The position numbers and the translations under genes were made by a program. The notes under the pieces are model-generated. The model made no database searches and was not told the DNA's origin. It worked only from the letters and a program-made list of their open reading frames with translations. 64,000 nucleotides of DNA, taken from the NCBI GenBank assembly GCA_051294905.1, contig CM119374.1:19468001-19532000 (forward strand). Reading direction: 5' to 3'. The DNA comes from Botryllus schlosseri (taxonomy: Eukaryota). Positions 63,020 through 64,000 of the stretch are shown here, piece by piece; position 1 is the first letter of the stretch, and each line of letters begins with the position of its first letter.

Positions 63020-64000
63020 CTGGCACATATATTGTATCATTAGTATGCAATATGCATCACTTGATAGGCTATTTACATGCAAATGCCATATATCATATAT
63101 CAAGAATAGAACGTGGGTATTTAAAACCAAACCACGGATCATCGAAAAGTACAAGTTCACAAGGATAAGACATACATTTGAGAGCGAAATATTGGATATA
63201 CCTTTTAAATGTATGGGTACTACTAAAAAACTGAGAATAAGTCATACCTTTCCTTGCAGTTGAACCATTTTTGTAGTGTGCAGATGAGGTCTTCAGTACA
63301 ACGTCAAAGTTTGATCAAATCGCAAATTACAGTTAAGTTACAGTAACTATAAAAATCCTGTTCAACAGAATAAAACGCATTTAATAGTTTTCATACAGTA
63401 TGTTATAACATGCCAGCCCCTTAATAACAGCTACAATAATTCAACAAACACAAAACTGAAAACACTGAAAATATAAAATGACGAAGTCATAAAGTTACAA
63501 AAATTGCAGTTGGTGCTATAAGGCACAATTCTTTCGCATCATGCCATAAAAGGGAGTTAATTCTTACAAATTCCATAGCATTCAATGATTAATCAATCAG
63601 GCCATGGACACAAAGTAAATCAGTGCATTGCTGTTCCAACATGTTAAAGGTTGGTACCAACAAATAACAAAAATATATCAACATTAGTAAAAATGTATGC
63701 TATCAATGAAAATTGGTGGTTGCATTGGTGGCAGCAATATACAATATCAAAGTCAGATGAACGGTAGATCGCTTGGGAAAATTGACACCACATACATATG
63801 CATGGTAGAGTTACTAACACCAAAGTGGGACAGTTGCCAGGTACCATGACGGCTCAGCGAATTAACAAGTCAACTTCAGAGTAATAGGAAAAACACAACA
63901 TCATTTTGAAAGACCTGATCCTCTTTATAAAAGAATTTGCCGAGGAAAAAATGTTTACATCGCCATGTCCACGTGTCTGGCCTACGCATGCTCAAATGCT

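Overview
AT-rich invertebrate animal genomic DNA with short introns. It looks tunicate-like, but that assignment is an unverified inference. There are no prokaryotic features and no CRISPR array. Genes reconstructed by hand from splice sites and family motifs: the 5' part of an ACAP/centaurin-beta gene (minus strand, 11 exons, runs off the left edge), single-exon TADA2B, 7-exon BRCC3 (BRCC36) containing a minor-spliceosome AT-AC intron, single-exon NFKBIL1 and single-exon PIH1D1. A tandem array of three nucleolin-like copies lies on the minus strand. One has an open frame across 10 exons, with a triplicated RRM exon pair and an RGG tail. The other two are pseudogenes. Intergenic space and large introns are filled with nested DNA transposons whose TIRs and TSDs can be read directly (hAT, Kolobok, an AT-TSD long-TIR element, Tc1/mariner MITEs, P/Galileo-like, Academ-like), plus an LTR-retrotransposon remnant and a SINE-like repeat. 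Most notable: the U12 intron; an 82-bp-TIR foldback element carrying a telomere-like TTAGGG array between divergent NFKBIL1 and PIH1D1; RRM amplification and a precise intron presence/absence difference among the nucleolin paralogs; and a candidate intronic C/D snoRNA complementary to U6.
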